From a virus: DNA of 64,000 nucleotides. Below, piece by piece: positions 21,604-31,246 of this stretch. The translations under genes were made by a program, and so were the position numbers. The notes below the pieces were generated by a model. That model made no database searches. It was not told the DNA's origin and saw only the letters and a program-made list of their open reading frames with translations. The stretch lies in UHGV virus genome UHGV-1351279, one strand, 5' to 3'. Position 1 is the stretch's first letter; the number at the start of each line of letters is the position of its first letter.

Positions 21604-24600
21604 ATGTCTTGTAAAAATACAGTCTTAAACAGTAATAGTAGAAATGTAGTGATGAAAGGTCTTTATGAAAAAGACCTTATCACTGCCTATAAGAATGTTG
21701 GTAATACAACAATAATACAAGTATCTAACATTAAGGATTTCAATAAAAGGAATCAACTTTTAATAGATAAAATACAGGAATTACAACCTCAATTTTTATC
21801 TTCTTTTGGAAGTATGTATAACACCACTCCAACAGAATTATTCTTTGATAAAGTAAATGGTAGTCAAGAACAATTTGCTATAAAGAATTATATGTTTGAA
21901 AGGCTATCTAACTTTAAAATGGTAGATTTTAATAAGCTACAAGAAACTTTAGATAGCTTAGGTAAAATAGCTGTACAAGTATCAAATGGTAATATAGAAA
22001 TTAGAAACCATAAAATACACGGTTTTACTAAAGAAGAAGTAGATGCTATAGTAAAAAAGTATAATACACTTTCTTCTGAAAAACAACAATACATAAAAGA
22101 TGAAATTAGAAATAGTAGAAATATTGTAGATAAAGTAGCTTCAAAACTTTATGATGCTTATGAAGATAGACTTAACCTAATTACTGATATTGATTCAAAT
22201 TCAATGAGAATAGGTAATAAAAACTCTAATAATATTATTAAAGTAAAATCTAAGGAAGTTGAATCTAATAGAGAGCTTCAAGAAATAAAAGATGAAGTAG
22301 CTAATAATAAAGCTAAGGAACTTACAAGAAAAAACACTGAGGATAGCAATAAAAGGAGTAATGATTATAATACTGATGGTGATATATTGCCTTCAAATGA
22401 TAATTGGGACTCAAACTCTGACCCTAATATTACACCTCCTGTAACAGATAATTATACAGAATATACAAATTACTTAGATGCACTACTAAAAAGTGTACAG
22501 AAAAAGAAAGGTGAGTTAATAAAAGAACTCAAAAATCCAAAAAACAAGAATAAAACTAAGACTATTGATGACCTAAATAAGCTAATAACTGAAGAGGGTA
22601 AATTACAAGAGTACTATAATAATGCTATATCTGGTGAAAATGAGAAAAATGTAGAGACATTATTTAATGAATTAGATGATTTGTCTCATAAACTTGATGT
22701 AATAGATAGTGGTAGCATAAAGAATCTTGGAGATAGGGTTGATTTCCTTTTTGGATTTATTACAGGTACAAAATATGGAAGCAATGAAAATGTTGATTAT
22801 GCAATAAGTGAGAATCCTGAACTTAGGTCTAAGGTACTTTCTCTAATGCATAAATATAATAGTAAGCTCAATGAAATATCTAATAAAATCATTGAAGAAG
22901 ATGTTACTTATCAACATAATGTACTTAATAATATTGCATTTAAAAGAGCTGATGGTAAAATAGACAAAGATAAGGTAAATGATTTATTTAAAGTAAAAGA
23001 TGATATAAACTTTTTTGAGAAAGCCCTTTTAGGGGTATCTCAAGCAAGTACTAAAGAATCTATTACTCCTCAAATATTAAAGTCATACCTTGAAAAAAAT
23101 ATGTCTCATAGGACATCTGAAGCTATTGCTTATAAGGATAGATTATTAGCTGCTATTGAGAAATTAGAAGCAAAAGGTATTACTGATTTTAGCTTTATAT
23201 TTGAGAAATTTTTATCAGGAGCAAGAACAGGTAATATCATTAGTAAATATACTTCTGAGTATAGGAGAAAGCTTTATAAATACTTTAATATGGAAGTTGA
23301 GGGTAATGACTATGCTTCTTATTATAGTAAGAAAATACAATGGCTAAAGGCTAATGCTGATGTTATAGACTTTAGAAAAATAAAGGCTTTTAAAGACCTT
23401 TATGGTAAGAACTATCCTAATGAATTTATCTTCTCTGACCAGGAAATGGAAGAATATGAAAATAATCTTAGAAAACAACTTGGTAAAGTGTATGATAAAG
23501 AGATAGACAAAGTAAATAGTTGGATAGAAAATTATGAGCTTACTAAGCAAAATTATGAATCTAAATATGAAGCAGAGAGAAATAACCCTTTTGTATTTCT
23601 AAGGTCTTATTTTGGAGATTCTCCAACTACAGCAGCTGCATTTAATGGTACAGGAGGTATATCAAGTATATTTCCTAACCTTAATGATATTGTATTTGTA
23701 CCAAGAAAAACCTTTACTGAGGGCTATGACTTTAATGGAGAAGAAATAACCTCTGATACAGGCTATTATAATAAAGACTTTGATAGAATTGAACAGTCTG
23801 ATGAAATGTTTGAGTATTGGTCTGTATTAGAAGATATATATTCTCAATACATAAATCCTACCTATGACATATCAGGAATGAGCTTTGCTAAGATACAAAA
23901 GGAGTTTCTCGAAAAAGTAAGTGATGCAAAAGGTGCTTCTAAAGCAGGTACTCTAATATCTAAAGGTATACAAGCTTATAGAGAGTATTTCTATGAAGTA
24001 GGTGTAGGTAATAAGAAAGATAAAGGTATTGTAGAGAACTATTCTGATAAGACAAAACAAGAAATAAAGGCTCTATCATCAGCTCTAAAAGCTAAATCTG
24101 TTGATGAGCTTAAATCTATGGCAAAAGATTTAGGTCTTACTATACCTAATAACATAACACCAGAGCAATTAGTTCATGAGATTGCAAGTGAAATGACTTT
24201 AAGGAATTATTCTTCTGATATTAATAAGATAACAGGGGCTTTAATTGATATGGTAGCTTTACAAAAAGCCAGAGAAGATACTTTACCTATAGCTAATATC
24301 TTACTTGAGAAACATAAGAAAACTGTAGGAGAAAGTGAAAGGGAGAGAAAAAATAGTATTGAGAAATTAGAACACTATATCAATAAAGTAATTAAGAATG
24401 AGCATGAGCATGCAAGAGGTACAGAACAACTAATAGGTAAAGAGATTAAAACACCTGGTTGGATAGAGATGTTACTTGATAAATTAGGTGTTATAGGTTG
24501 GCTTAAAAATAAAGTAGAAAAGAATAGGTTCTTTTACCTTTATAGTGATTCAGAAAGACAATTATTAAAAGAACTCCAGAGTGCAAGAGAAAGAGGTCAT

Positions 24601-26616
24601 AACTCTAATATTAGTGATAGTTTCTATCAAGATGGTATGAGATATGAACTTATAGTGGATGAGCATGGGGGTACATATTTTGCAAGCTATAAAGATAAGC
24701 ACACAGGAGAAGATAAAATAATTGATATAACTCCTGAGCAATATGAAGAAGCTTATCAAAAGAATATAGAAAGTAAGATACAAAGTTTGGGTCTTGACTT
24801 AAATAGTGCTGGTATTATTCAAGGAATACTAAAAACTATCATTTTTAAAGGATTAGGACTTAACCCTATTGGAGGTATCAGAAACAGGATGGAAGGTAAA
24901 AATACCAACCTTATAATGGATATGACAGGGTATTACTGGACTAAAGGTAATATTAGACATGCTCATAATTTCTTAGCCTTTGCTAATATGTTGCATATTT
25001 TACCTGATAGGATTTCTCCTGAACACATGGGTAAATACAAACAACTAAAAATCTTTAGGTCTTTAGTAGAGAAGATGAGGATTGTTCAAGATAGAAAAAA
25101 CCCTTTAGAGAGAAATATTGAGCAGTCTAAGTTCTCTATGGAGAAATATACTAATGTTTTTTCTTGGGCTGTAGATAACCCTGAGTTTAAGAACCAGGGT
25201 TCTGTGGTTCTTGCTATACTAATGGATACTAAGATAGAGAACAATAAAGGGGAATTAGTACCTATATTTGATGGTTCTAAATTTACTGTATTTGAAGAAA
25301 CTAAAGATGGTTCCTTAAGATTAAAAGAAGAGTTTAGGTCCGAAGAGAATATAAGGAATTGGGAAAATATGGAGGTAGGATTTAATGAAGAGGATAATAA
25401 CCAATTCTTTCTAACAAGAAATAAAATGAAGACAGCCATATCAAGAACACAAGGTAACTATGATGATATGGATACTATTTGGGCTTCAAGAACTATATGG
25501 GGTCAAGTTCTAATGATGTTTAAAAAATGGATGCCAGAACACTTTATGCAGAGATTTGCATCAGGACAGAATTTTGACTTATTTACAGGAAAGAAACAAA
25601 TGATGGGTAGATACAGAGCTATGTGGAATAATAATCCTGCATTGGCTGTAACAGGACTTTCCTCTATATTAGTAGGATTAGGTTTAGGAGCTGGAGCTTT
25701 AACTGTAGGAGGTATTACAGGAGTTGTAGCTTTTAAGTTTATACATAATATGATGGGAGGAAATAAAGGTATCTTAGAAGAAGCTAATAATATAGGAGGA
25801 TTAGTAGCTTTTACTAAGTCAATACTTATTAGTACTCTTAATTACCCTTTAGAGCTTATCAATCTAAAGACAGGTATTCCAACAAAATATGATGGATATT
25901 CTAAATTAAATCTTACTGAAGAGGAAATAGGTACTTTAAGGTCTTTAGCTAAAGAAATAGCTGTAAAACTAACCTGGTTAAGTATAATGTTACTTGCTAA
26001 ATCTCTTACTTGGGATGATGATGATGATGATGACTCAGATAAAAGGAAGTTACATAATTTCTTAGATAATGAGCTTAATACAACTATTAATACATTACAA
26101 TCCTGGTCAGACCCAGGTGCTTTATATGATGATGCATCAAGAAGCTCTTTTCTTTTATATTGTGATAATGTAACAAAACTATTAAAGAGTATTATGTTAC
26201 TCAATGGAGGGGATGCTTCAAAATATGCTTTAAAGGTATCTCCTGTACCATCTTTCTTTACACACATGGTATCTAAAGATGGTGATTTACTAATGCCTTG
26301 GCAAAATGATTATGAATATGATAAAGGTAAAACTTATTGGGATGGATTTATAAAAGAAATAAAAGGTAGAGGACATGAAAAATGGTCTAAGAAAGAATAC
26401 AATAAAATAAGAAAAGAGAAAAAAGCTGAAATGTTAGAACAAGGTATGAGTGAAAAAGAGATTAAAGAAGCTCTTGGTACTAAACCAAAAGGAATGTCCT
26501 ATGTAGATGCTTTAGATTATATGGAAAATGGAGGATTACCTCCACAAGAACCTAAGAAAAAAGGTAGACCTAAAGGTAGTAAAAACAAGAAAAAAGAGGA
26601 TTCAGCTCAAAAGTAA
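21604..26616 (+). CDS. large hypothetical protein (1670 aa) with a glycine-zipper transmembrane segment; putative ejection or tape-measure-like internal protein
   Basis: Hydrophobic GxxxG-rich segment AVTGLSSILVGLGLGAGALTVGGITGVVAF at about nt 25636-25740. Also has a poly-Asp run, coiled-coil regions and a K-rich C-terminus. It is the last gene of the + operon and is followed by a terminator. Confidence 0.6.
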   Translation: MSCKNTVLNSNSRNVVMKGLYEKDLITAYKNVGNTTIIQVSNIKDFNKRNQLLIDKIQELQPQFLSSFGSMYNTTPTELFFDKVNGSQEQFAIKNYMFERLSNFKMVDFNKLQETLDSLGKIAVQVSNGNIEIRNHKIHGFTKEEVDAIVKKYNTLSSEKQQYIKDEIRNSRNIVDKVASKLYDAYEDRLNLITDIDSNSMRIGNKNSNNIIKVKSKEVESNRELQEIKDEVANNKAKELTRKNTEDSNKRSNDYNTDGDILPSNDNWDSNSDPNITPPVTDNYTEYTNYLDALLKSVQKKKGELIKELKNPKNKNKTKTIDDLNKLITEEGKLQEYYNNAISGENEKNVETLFNELDDLSHKLDVIDSGSIKNLGDRVDFLFGFITGTKYGSNENVDYAISENPELRSKVLSLMHKYNSKLNEISNKIIEEDVTYQHNVLNNIAFKRADGKIDKDKVNDLFKVKDDINFFEKALLGVSQASTKESITPQILKSYLEKNMSHRTSEAIAYKDRLLAAIEKLEAKGITDFSFIFEKFLSGARTGNIISKYTSEYRRKLYKYFNMEVEGNDYASYYSKKIQWLKANADVIDFRKIKAFKDLYGKNYPNEFIFSDQEMEEYENNLRKQLGKVYDKEIDKVNSWIENYELTKQNYESKYEAERNNPFVFLRSYFGDSPTTAAAFNGTGGISSIFPNLNDIVFVPRKTFTEGYDFNGEEITSDTGYYNKDFDRIEQSDEMFEYWSVLEDIYSQYINPTYDISGMSFAKIQKEFLEKVSDAKGASKAGTLISKGIQAYREYFYEVGVGNKKDKGIVENYSDKTKQEIKALSSALKAKSVDELKSMAKDLGLTIPNNITPEQLVHEIASEMTLRNYSSDINKITGALIDMVALQKAREDTLPIANILLEKHKKTVGESERERKNSIEKLEHYINKVIKNEHEHARGTEQLIGKEIKTPGWIEMLLDKLGVIGWLKNKVEKNRFFYLYSDSERQLLKELQSARERGHNSNISDSFYQDGMRYELIVDEHGGTYFASYKDKHTGEDKIIDITPEQYEEAYQKNIESKIQSLGLDLNSAGIIQGILKTIIFKGLGLNPIGGIRNRMEGKNTNLIMDMTGYYWTKGNIRHAHNFLAFANMLHILPDRISPEHMGKYKQLKIFRSLVEKMRIVQDRKNPLERNIEQSKFSMEKYTNVFSWAVDNPEFKNQGSVVLAILMDTKIENNKGELVPIFDGSKFTVFEETKDGSLRLKEEFRSEENIRNWENMEVGFNEEDNNQFFLTRNKMKTAISRTQGNYDDMDTIWASRTIWGQVLMMFKKWMPEHFMQRFASGQNFDLFTGKKQMMGRYRAMWNNNPALAVTGLSSILVGLGLGAGALTVGGITGVVAFKFIHNMMGGNKGILEEANNIGGLVAFTKSILISTLNYPLELINLKTGIPTKYDGYSKLNLTEEEIGTLRSLAKEIAVKLTWLSIMLLAKSLTWDDDDDDDSDKRKLHNFLDNELNTTINTLQSWSDPGALYDDASRSSFLLYCDNVTKLLKSIMLLNGGDASKYALKVSPVPSFFTHMVSKDGDLLMPWQNDYEYDKGKTYWDGFIKEIKGRGHEKWSKKEYNKIRKEKKAEMLEQGMSEKEIKEALGTKPKGMSYVDALDYMENGGLPPQEPKKKGRPKGSKNKKKEDSAQK
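26014..26034 (+). repeat. (GAT)6GAC trinucleotide microsatellite encoding poly-Asp (WDDDDDDDSD)
   Basis: Read directly from the sequence. Confidence 0.9.
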
Positions 26617-26633
26617 AAAAAATAAAGAAGATG

Positions 26634-26668
26634 GATAAAAAACCATCTTCTTTATTTGTGTATTAATT
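26634..26668 (+). terminator. intrinsic terminator of the + strand operon
   Basis: Stem aaagaagatgg / ccatcttcttt with loop ataaaaaa, followed by tatttgtgtatt. It lies 18 nt after the stop of the 1670-aa gene. Confidence 0.75.
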
Positions 26669-26726
26669 TTAATTTTCTTACTTTTGCACAAGGAATTTTT
26701 CTTATTTTTCGTTTTGCCACTTGTAA

Positions 26727-26762
26727 GAGTGTTAGAGGTATCTAACACTCTTTTTCTTTATA
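26727..26762 (+). terminator. second hairpin (perfect 11-bp stem, 4-nt loop) followed by a T-run on the + strand
   Basis: agagtgttaga-ggta-tctaacactct then ttttctttat. It overlaps the 3' end of the convergent - strand gene, so the two arms share a back-to-back terminator region. Confidence 0.6.
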
Positions 26763-27316
26763 TCTTTTACAATTCCTAATACTCTAAGAAACAAATCTCT
26801 TATAGTGCCACTGTTATCTATAACATAGTCAAAAGCATCATCTGAGAGATATAAAAGGTCAGTTTCTGAGTAATGAGTAGTATCTAATTTTACTCTATCA
26901 CTTTTTACTCTAATGAATATAGGTTTAAGCTCCTTTAATAGATTGTACTCATGTCTAAATCTCATGTCAGTAATGACATTAAACTCAAAACTTGACTCTT
27001 CTATTTGTTTTAGTATGATTTTAGCAAACACTTCTTTTCCAAAGTTCTTACAAAACATATCACCTATCATTGTATAATAGTTTCTTGGAGTCATTGCCTT
27101 AGATATATTAGTAAGTCCAATATCATGTACAGACCTATCCTTATAATCATCAAGTGTTTCAACAGGAACACCTAATACAATAGAAGTTATCTCCTTTATA
27201 GGTTTTGCAAAAGCAAAGGTTTTACAAGTAGTATAATGAAACATATCTTGCATGAAGTTTGCTACAGTGTCTTTCCCTACACCTTTATTTCCTGATATTA
27301 CTATTAATGTACTCAT
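26732..27316 (-). CDS. deoxynucleoside monophosphate kinase-like P-loop kinase (T4 gp1-like)
   Basis: N-terminal P-loop LIVISGNKGVGKDTVANF closely resembles T4 Dnk (LIFLSGVKRSGKDTTADF). Size is 194 aa. Confidence 0.55.
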   Translation of the reverse strand: MSTLIVISGNKGVGKDTVANFMQDMFHYTTCKTFAFAKPIKEITSIVLGVPVETLDDYKDRSVHDIGLTNISKAMTPRNYYTMIGDMFCKNFGKEVFAKIILKQIEESSFEFNVITDMRFRHEYNLLKELKPIFIRVKSDRVKLDTTHYSETDLLYLSDDAFDYVIDNSGTIRDLFLRVLGIVKDIKKKSVRYL

Positions 27317-27771
27317 TCTTTACCACTTTTATAAATGTTTTTATCTGTATTATACACAGTTTTTTCACCTCTCATTTCATTATTTATAGTACATAGATGT
27401 ACAAATATAATATCTTCAAAGTCTGTAACATATTGCTCAAAAGCTGTTACAAGGTCAGGTTTGTCAAGGTAAACTTTTTTAAATTCTTCTTTCAGTTCAT
27501 TAGCTAAGTTCTTAGCTTTGTTAAGTCTGTTTTTCATTAGAAACTTAACTAAATCACTGTCTTTGAGATATTCTACAAGTTTATCTATAGCTCCTATATA
27601 AGCCATTACAAGTACAAAATAATGAAAATGCTTTTCTTTTTTAAGCACAGGAGTAGCTCTTTCATAGCTTCTCTGTCTTACAGCAAGTTCCATGAGTTTA
27701 TTTACTTCACTTTTTGTAAGTTGAAGACCTCTTGCTTTTAACTCTAATTCAAATTCTTTTCTTGCATCCAT
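27313..27771 (-). CDS. hypothetical protein
   Basis: ORF in an operon with 4-nt overlaps to its neighbours. Confidence 0.5.
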   Translation of the reverse strand: MDARKEFELELKARGLQLTKSEVNKLMELAVRQRSYERATPVLKKEKHFHYFVLVMAYIGAIDKLVEYLKDSDLVKFLMKNRLNKAKNLANELKEEFKKVYLDKPDLVTAFEQYVTDFEDIIFVHLCTINNEMRGEKTVYNTDKNIYKSGKE

Positions 27772-27772
27772 A

Positions 27773-28540
27773 TTAATCTTCTTGTTCCATTAAAGGTAAT
27801 ATACCATTATCTTTTAGTTTATTGTACAGAAATAACCTACCCTTTTGAGTCCATTTTGTATTAAGTACATAGGTTGTAGAAGAATCATCAGAAAGTACTG
27901 TTTCACTTTTAGTATAACCACTCCTTGCATAAGGAGCATAAGGAAGCCAAGTATTGCCTTGTTTATACTGAATACCTATTTCATTGAGCTTTTTATTAAG
28001 CTCTTGAGCAGTCATTCCATAATCTTTAGCAATCTCTCTTACAGTGAGACAATTCTTTGTTCTAAGTATCTCATCACAGTAATCTGCTTTAGGCTGTAGC
28101 TCTTCAATGAGAAGTGTTTGTTGCCTTGTTTTCTCTTCAAGAAGATAGTTCTTTTCAACTTCAGCTGCATAAGCTCTAAGAGCTTCAGGGAGTGTTTTAG
28201 GTACTAAGTTATAATAGCCTTCTTTTCTAATGGTTGGCAATACTTCCTCAACAACCCAATCTTGAAACTTCAAAGCACTATCTAATTGTGACCTCATTAT
28301 AAGTCTATAAAGGTTGGCTTCATTGATAAAATTTAGTTCATTACTACCAATTCCATCAGAATTTGTGACTCTCTGTTTCACCGTACCGTCTGATTTACAA
28401 TGAGTTGTAACAGCTTCACCTGGTCTTTTATAGCCTAAAGCTCTGGCTACATCTACACCAGCAAAATAAGGATTATTATTGTCATCAACAATAACTCTTA
28501 CCTGACCAAAGTCAGGATTTTGGAAAATTTCAATTTTGTT
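27773..28540 (-). CDS. Bro-N / KilA-C domain protein (antirepressor-like)
   Basis: Bro-N signature FQNPDFGQVRVIVDDNNNPYFAGVDVARALGYKRPGEAV. KilA-C-like segment LTVREIAKDYGMTAQELNKKLNEIGI. Start is taken as MNKIEIF at 28540 because the ORF-track start at 28597 would run through the terminator hairpin at 28575-28603. Confidence 0.6.
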   Translation of the reverse strand, partial: NKIEIFQNPDFGQVRVIVDDNNNPYFAGVDVARALGYKRPGEAVTTHCKSDGTVKQRVTNSDGIGSNELNFINEANLYRLIMRSQLDSALKFQDWVVEEVLPTIRKEGYYNLVPKTLPEALRAYAAEVEKNYLLEEKTRQQTLLIEELQPKADYCDEILRTKNCLTVREIAKDYGMTAQELNKKLNEIGIQYKQGNTWLPYAPYARSGYTKSETVLSDDSSTTYVLNTKWTQKGRLFLYNKLKDNGILPLMEQED

Positions 28541-28568
28541 CATATAAATATTAATTAAGTTTATAAAT

Positions 28569-28603
28569 AAAAAACCTTGTGTGGTTAGGAAGTCCACACA
28601 AGG
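28569..28603 (-). terminator. intrinsic terminator on the - strand
   Basis: Perfect 10-bp stem ccttgtgtgg / ccacacaagg with a 9-nt loop. On the - strand it is followed by TTTTTTATTTAT. Confidence 0.7.
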
Positions 28604-28705
28604 TAATTCAAATTAAATAAATTATGATGATAAATAGGGCGCGTAAACACAAAGTTTTTTGAGTTACAAAAGTACAATAAAATATTGTAAGTATATAATT
28701 TTTAA

Positions 28706-28900
28706 CTAACTTTGATTTACCTCTTTCATCAGAAGACATTTATAGTTCTTGAAATAAGGGTCTGAGTTAAAGAAATTGTTATATTTTTCAATAATTTCTT
28801 GAGGATTTTGTTCTTCTGTAAATACAAGTTCTCCTCTATAAATACTCATAATTTGACCTTTATCATTGAGTTCCTCTTCTATAATTATAATCTTTATCAT
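28706..28900 (-). CDS. hypothetical small protein
   Basis: ORF coupled to neighbours by overlapping starts. Confidence 0.4.
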   Translation of the reverse strand: MIKIIIIEEELNDKGQIMSIYRGELVFTEEQNPQEIIEKYNNFFNSDPYFKNYKCLLMKEVNQS

Positions 28901-29442
28901 ATAAAATCTTCATTATCTTTGTAAGTACTTGTTTCAAGTGTTCTACCATTAGTATCTTTTGGTAACCTTTCTATGTAATCCAAAATTTTAGAAACATTGT
29001 TTTTTGAAATGAAATATTGACTCTCCATAATAAACTTAGGGTCTGTTTCATTAAGGTAAATTTTAGTTGCTTCTAAGATGTCTCTGGAACCTATAGAAGG
29101 ATTATTTAAGAGCAGCTTCTTTATCTTAGGAAGTACAGTGTTCAAACTGTTCCTTCTTAAAGAGTTTCTCTTAGCAAACATTTCTATGTATTCTTTAACC
29201 CATTCAAAACCTTCTACGGATTCACCAAAGAGGTCAATTTTCCATGTTATTTTGTTTTTGGTATAATCAATAGTGTAAAATCCTAAAGAGGAGATTTTGT
29301 TCTCTAAAGCCTCTGGAAAGTATGATGGTTTCAAGTTTAGGTATTTACAAAGTAAAAATACTTTACCATCATCTACAGGCACATTGTTTTTAGTTAGAAT
29401 CTCAGAAACCTCTGGATTAAAATCAAGCTTTATTTTTGTCAT
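28897..29442 (-). CDS. hypothetical protein
   Basis: 181-aa ORF in the operon. Confidence 0.5.
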   Translation of the reverse strand: MTKIKLDFNPEVSEILTKNNVPVDDGKVFLLCKYLNLKPSYFPEALENKISSLGFYTIDYTKNKITWKIDLFGESVEGFEWVKEYIEMFAKRNSLRRNSLNTVLPKIKKLLLNNPSIGSRDILEATKIYLNETDPKFIMESQYFISKNNVSKILDYIERLPKDTNGRTLETSTYKDNEDFI

Positions 29443-29669
29443 CTTTTTCTAAAAAACTGTGTTACTATTAGACAAGTTAGAAATACCAAAAATATGATAT
29501 TTACAATAGGTGCTACACTAAGTAAAGCAAATATGTAAATACTTGTTTTATAAGAACAAGTATCACAAAAAAGGTTACTTAATGTGTATGGAGTATACAT
29601 ACTTATTATATAATAAAATAAGTAGCATAAACCAATAGGTAATAAATAAAAAAATAAAAAGTCTATCAT
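29439..29669 (-). CDS. small membrane protein (2 predicted TM helices)
   Basis: Hydrophobic 76-aa ORF overlapping the next start. Confidence 0.4.
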   Translation of the reverse strand: MIDFLFFYLLPIGLCYLFYYIISMYTPYTLSNLFCDTCSYKTSIYIFALLSVAPIVNIIFLVFLTCLIVTQFFRKR

Positions 29670-29674
29670 AATAA

Positions 29675-31246
29675 TTAATTTAAGTGTTTTACTTTACTTC
29701 CATATAGTACAAAGAGTTTCTTAGAAGCTCTACTCATACCTACGTAATTTAAAGAGTTACCCTCTGTACCTACTTGTATATTTCTTTCCATTAAAGGGTT
29801 TGTATTAACTTCTGTAGAAAGAGAGTTGAAGAATATATTACTATAAGTGGCACCTTGAGATTTATGAATAGTAATACCATACCCATAATCTATACCTTTC
29901 TCAATAATAAGTTCTGGAAATTCTTTTCTAACCCTTTCATGTGTAGGATTGTGAGAAGAATATAATTCCATTCTATCATTGGCTGGTACATAAATATAAG
30001 TGTTACCTAAGTCTATACTTTTAAAAGCACTTGTTAGGTCATCTATACGAGAATAATAGTTCTTCCAATTATTAGTTGCTATAGCATTTACTTTAGCATT
30101 GTATATCTTCTTGAAAAGATTGCTAATAATTCTATTATTATTTTCATACATCTCCTTTGTAATCTCTTTAAATACAATACTATCTTTTTCAGATAAAGGG
30201 TAATAAGTAGTACTCATGTTAGAAAGTTCTTCATTAATCATACTTAGTACCTTTGAATACCCTGCTATAAATACAAAAGAGTCTTTAAATCTAACATCAG
30301 TTACTTGAAACTTTACAGAGTTAGCAAGGTTACCATTTACAATATTCTTATTATTATAACCTCCATAACCTATAATACTTTCTCCAACATGTAATCCATA
30401 AATATCTTCATAGAGTACTTCTTTTACCTTTTTATTGAATGCTTGTATGGATTGATTAGTGTAACTTACAAACACAGTATTTTCAGGTTCTTCTTTATAT
30501 AATTCTATGAATTTTTCAAAGAACTCTGCTTTTTGTCCTGCATTATAATAAGTAACAGTTTCTGTATTATCTATGATAGGGAGTACACCTGTTGGATTAC
30601 TCCTTATCTCTGTAAGTATTTTAAGTATACTTGCATCTTCTGTCCTCTTTACCTCTGTTAATTGTACAAGTTTGAACTTAGTAAATACATCAGATACATA
30701 CTTATTTTTATCCTTTGTAATCTCAGGTATCTGAGCTTTATCTCCCATGAAAACAATATTTACTTTCTTAGCAGTCATAAGCCTTACTAAATCTTCAACA
30801 TCTTTTCTTGATAACATAGAACTCTCATCTACAATAAGAACATTATTTTTATAAGGGTCTAAAGCACTTGTAAATTTAGAACTAAGCTTTTTTTCAAAAG
30901 TTCTTGTTTTTCCATTGTACATATTAACCATAATACTTTGTATAGTATAAGGAAGAAAACCTAAATTTAGCCCTAAATATACAGTTGCTGCATGTGTTGG
31001 AGCAGCATATATAAAGTTAAATCCAGAGAACATGTCTCTATTAAACTTCTTTTTCATGTATTTTTGTAAATACCTTATTACTGAAGTCTTACCAGTACCT
31101 GCATACCCTGATAAAGTGATAGGGGTAGTCTCATTTATTACATGGTCTATAATTTCTTTAAGGGCATTGTCTTGCTCCTGAGTTAATTTGAATTTTGTAG
31201 GTATAGAAATACCTTTATATTCAAAAAAGTTACCTTCTCTTGTCAT
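29675..31246 (-). CDS. Dda/RecD-like SF1B DNA helicase
   Basis: Walker A SGYAGTGKTS, Walker B VDESSM, GDKAQIPE, VKRTED, and GYGITIHKSQGATY (UvrD_C_2-type motif). Paralog of the C-terminus of the 1798-aa protein. Confidence 0.75.
   Translation of the reverse strand: MTREGNFFEYKGISIPTKFKLTQEQDNALKEIIDHVINETTPITLSGYAGTGKTSVIRYLQKYMKKKFNRDMFSGFNFIYAAPTHAATVYLGLNLGFLPYTIQSIMVNMYNGKTRTFEKKLSSKFTSALDPYKNNVLIVDESSMLSRKDVEDLVRLMTAKKVNIVFMGDKAQIPEITKDKNKYVSDVFTKFKLVQLTEVKRTEDASILKILTEIRSNPTGVLPIIDNTETVTYYNAGQKAEFFEKFIELYKEEPENTVFVSYTNQSIQAFNKKVKEVLYEDIYGLHVGESIIGYGGYNNKNIVNGNLANSVKFQVTDVRFKDSFVFIAGYSKVLSMINEELSNMSTTYYPLSEKDSIVFKEITKEMYENNNRIISNLFKKIYNAKVNAIATNNWKNYYSRIDDLTSAFKSIDLGNTYIYVPANDRMELYSSHNPTHERVRKEFPELIIEKGIDYGYGITIHKSQGATYSNIFFNSLSTEVNTNPLMERNIQVGTEGNSLNYVGMSRASKKLFVLYGSKVKHLN

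Noticed and set aside
2900-26267. Many 60-160-aa ORFs on the - strand inside the giant + strand genes (for example 2900-3109, 17282-17752, 25086-25439, 25842-26267)
   Set aside because: They are antisense to long, clearly coding ORFs. Their products are low-complexity and Ile/Phe/Leu-rich, as expected from AT-rich antisense frames.
2670-26616. Calling one of the giant ORFs a crAss-like virion RNA polymerase
   Set aside because: I found no DxDGD motif (only IQDGDG, FDDDGVD and VDSDGE near-misses) and no double-psi beta-barrel-like signature. The idea is kept as a hypothesis in the findings, not as a feature.
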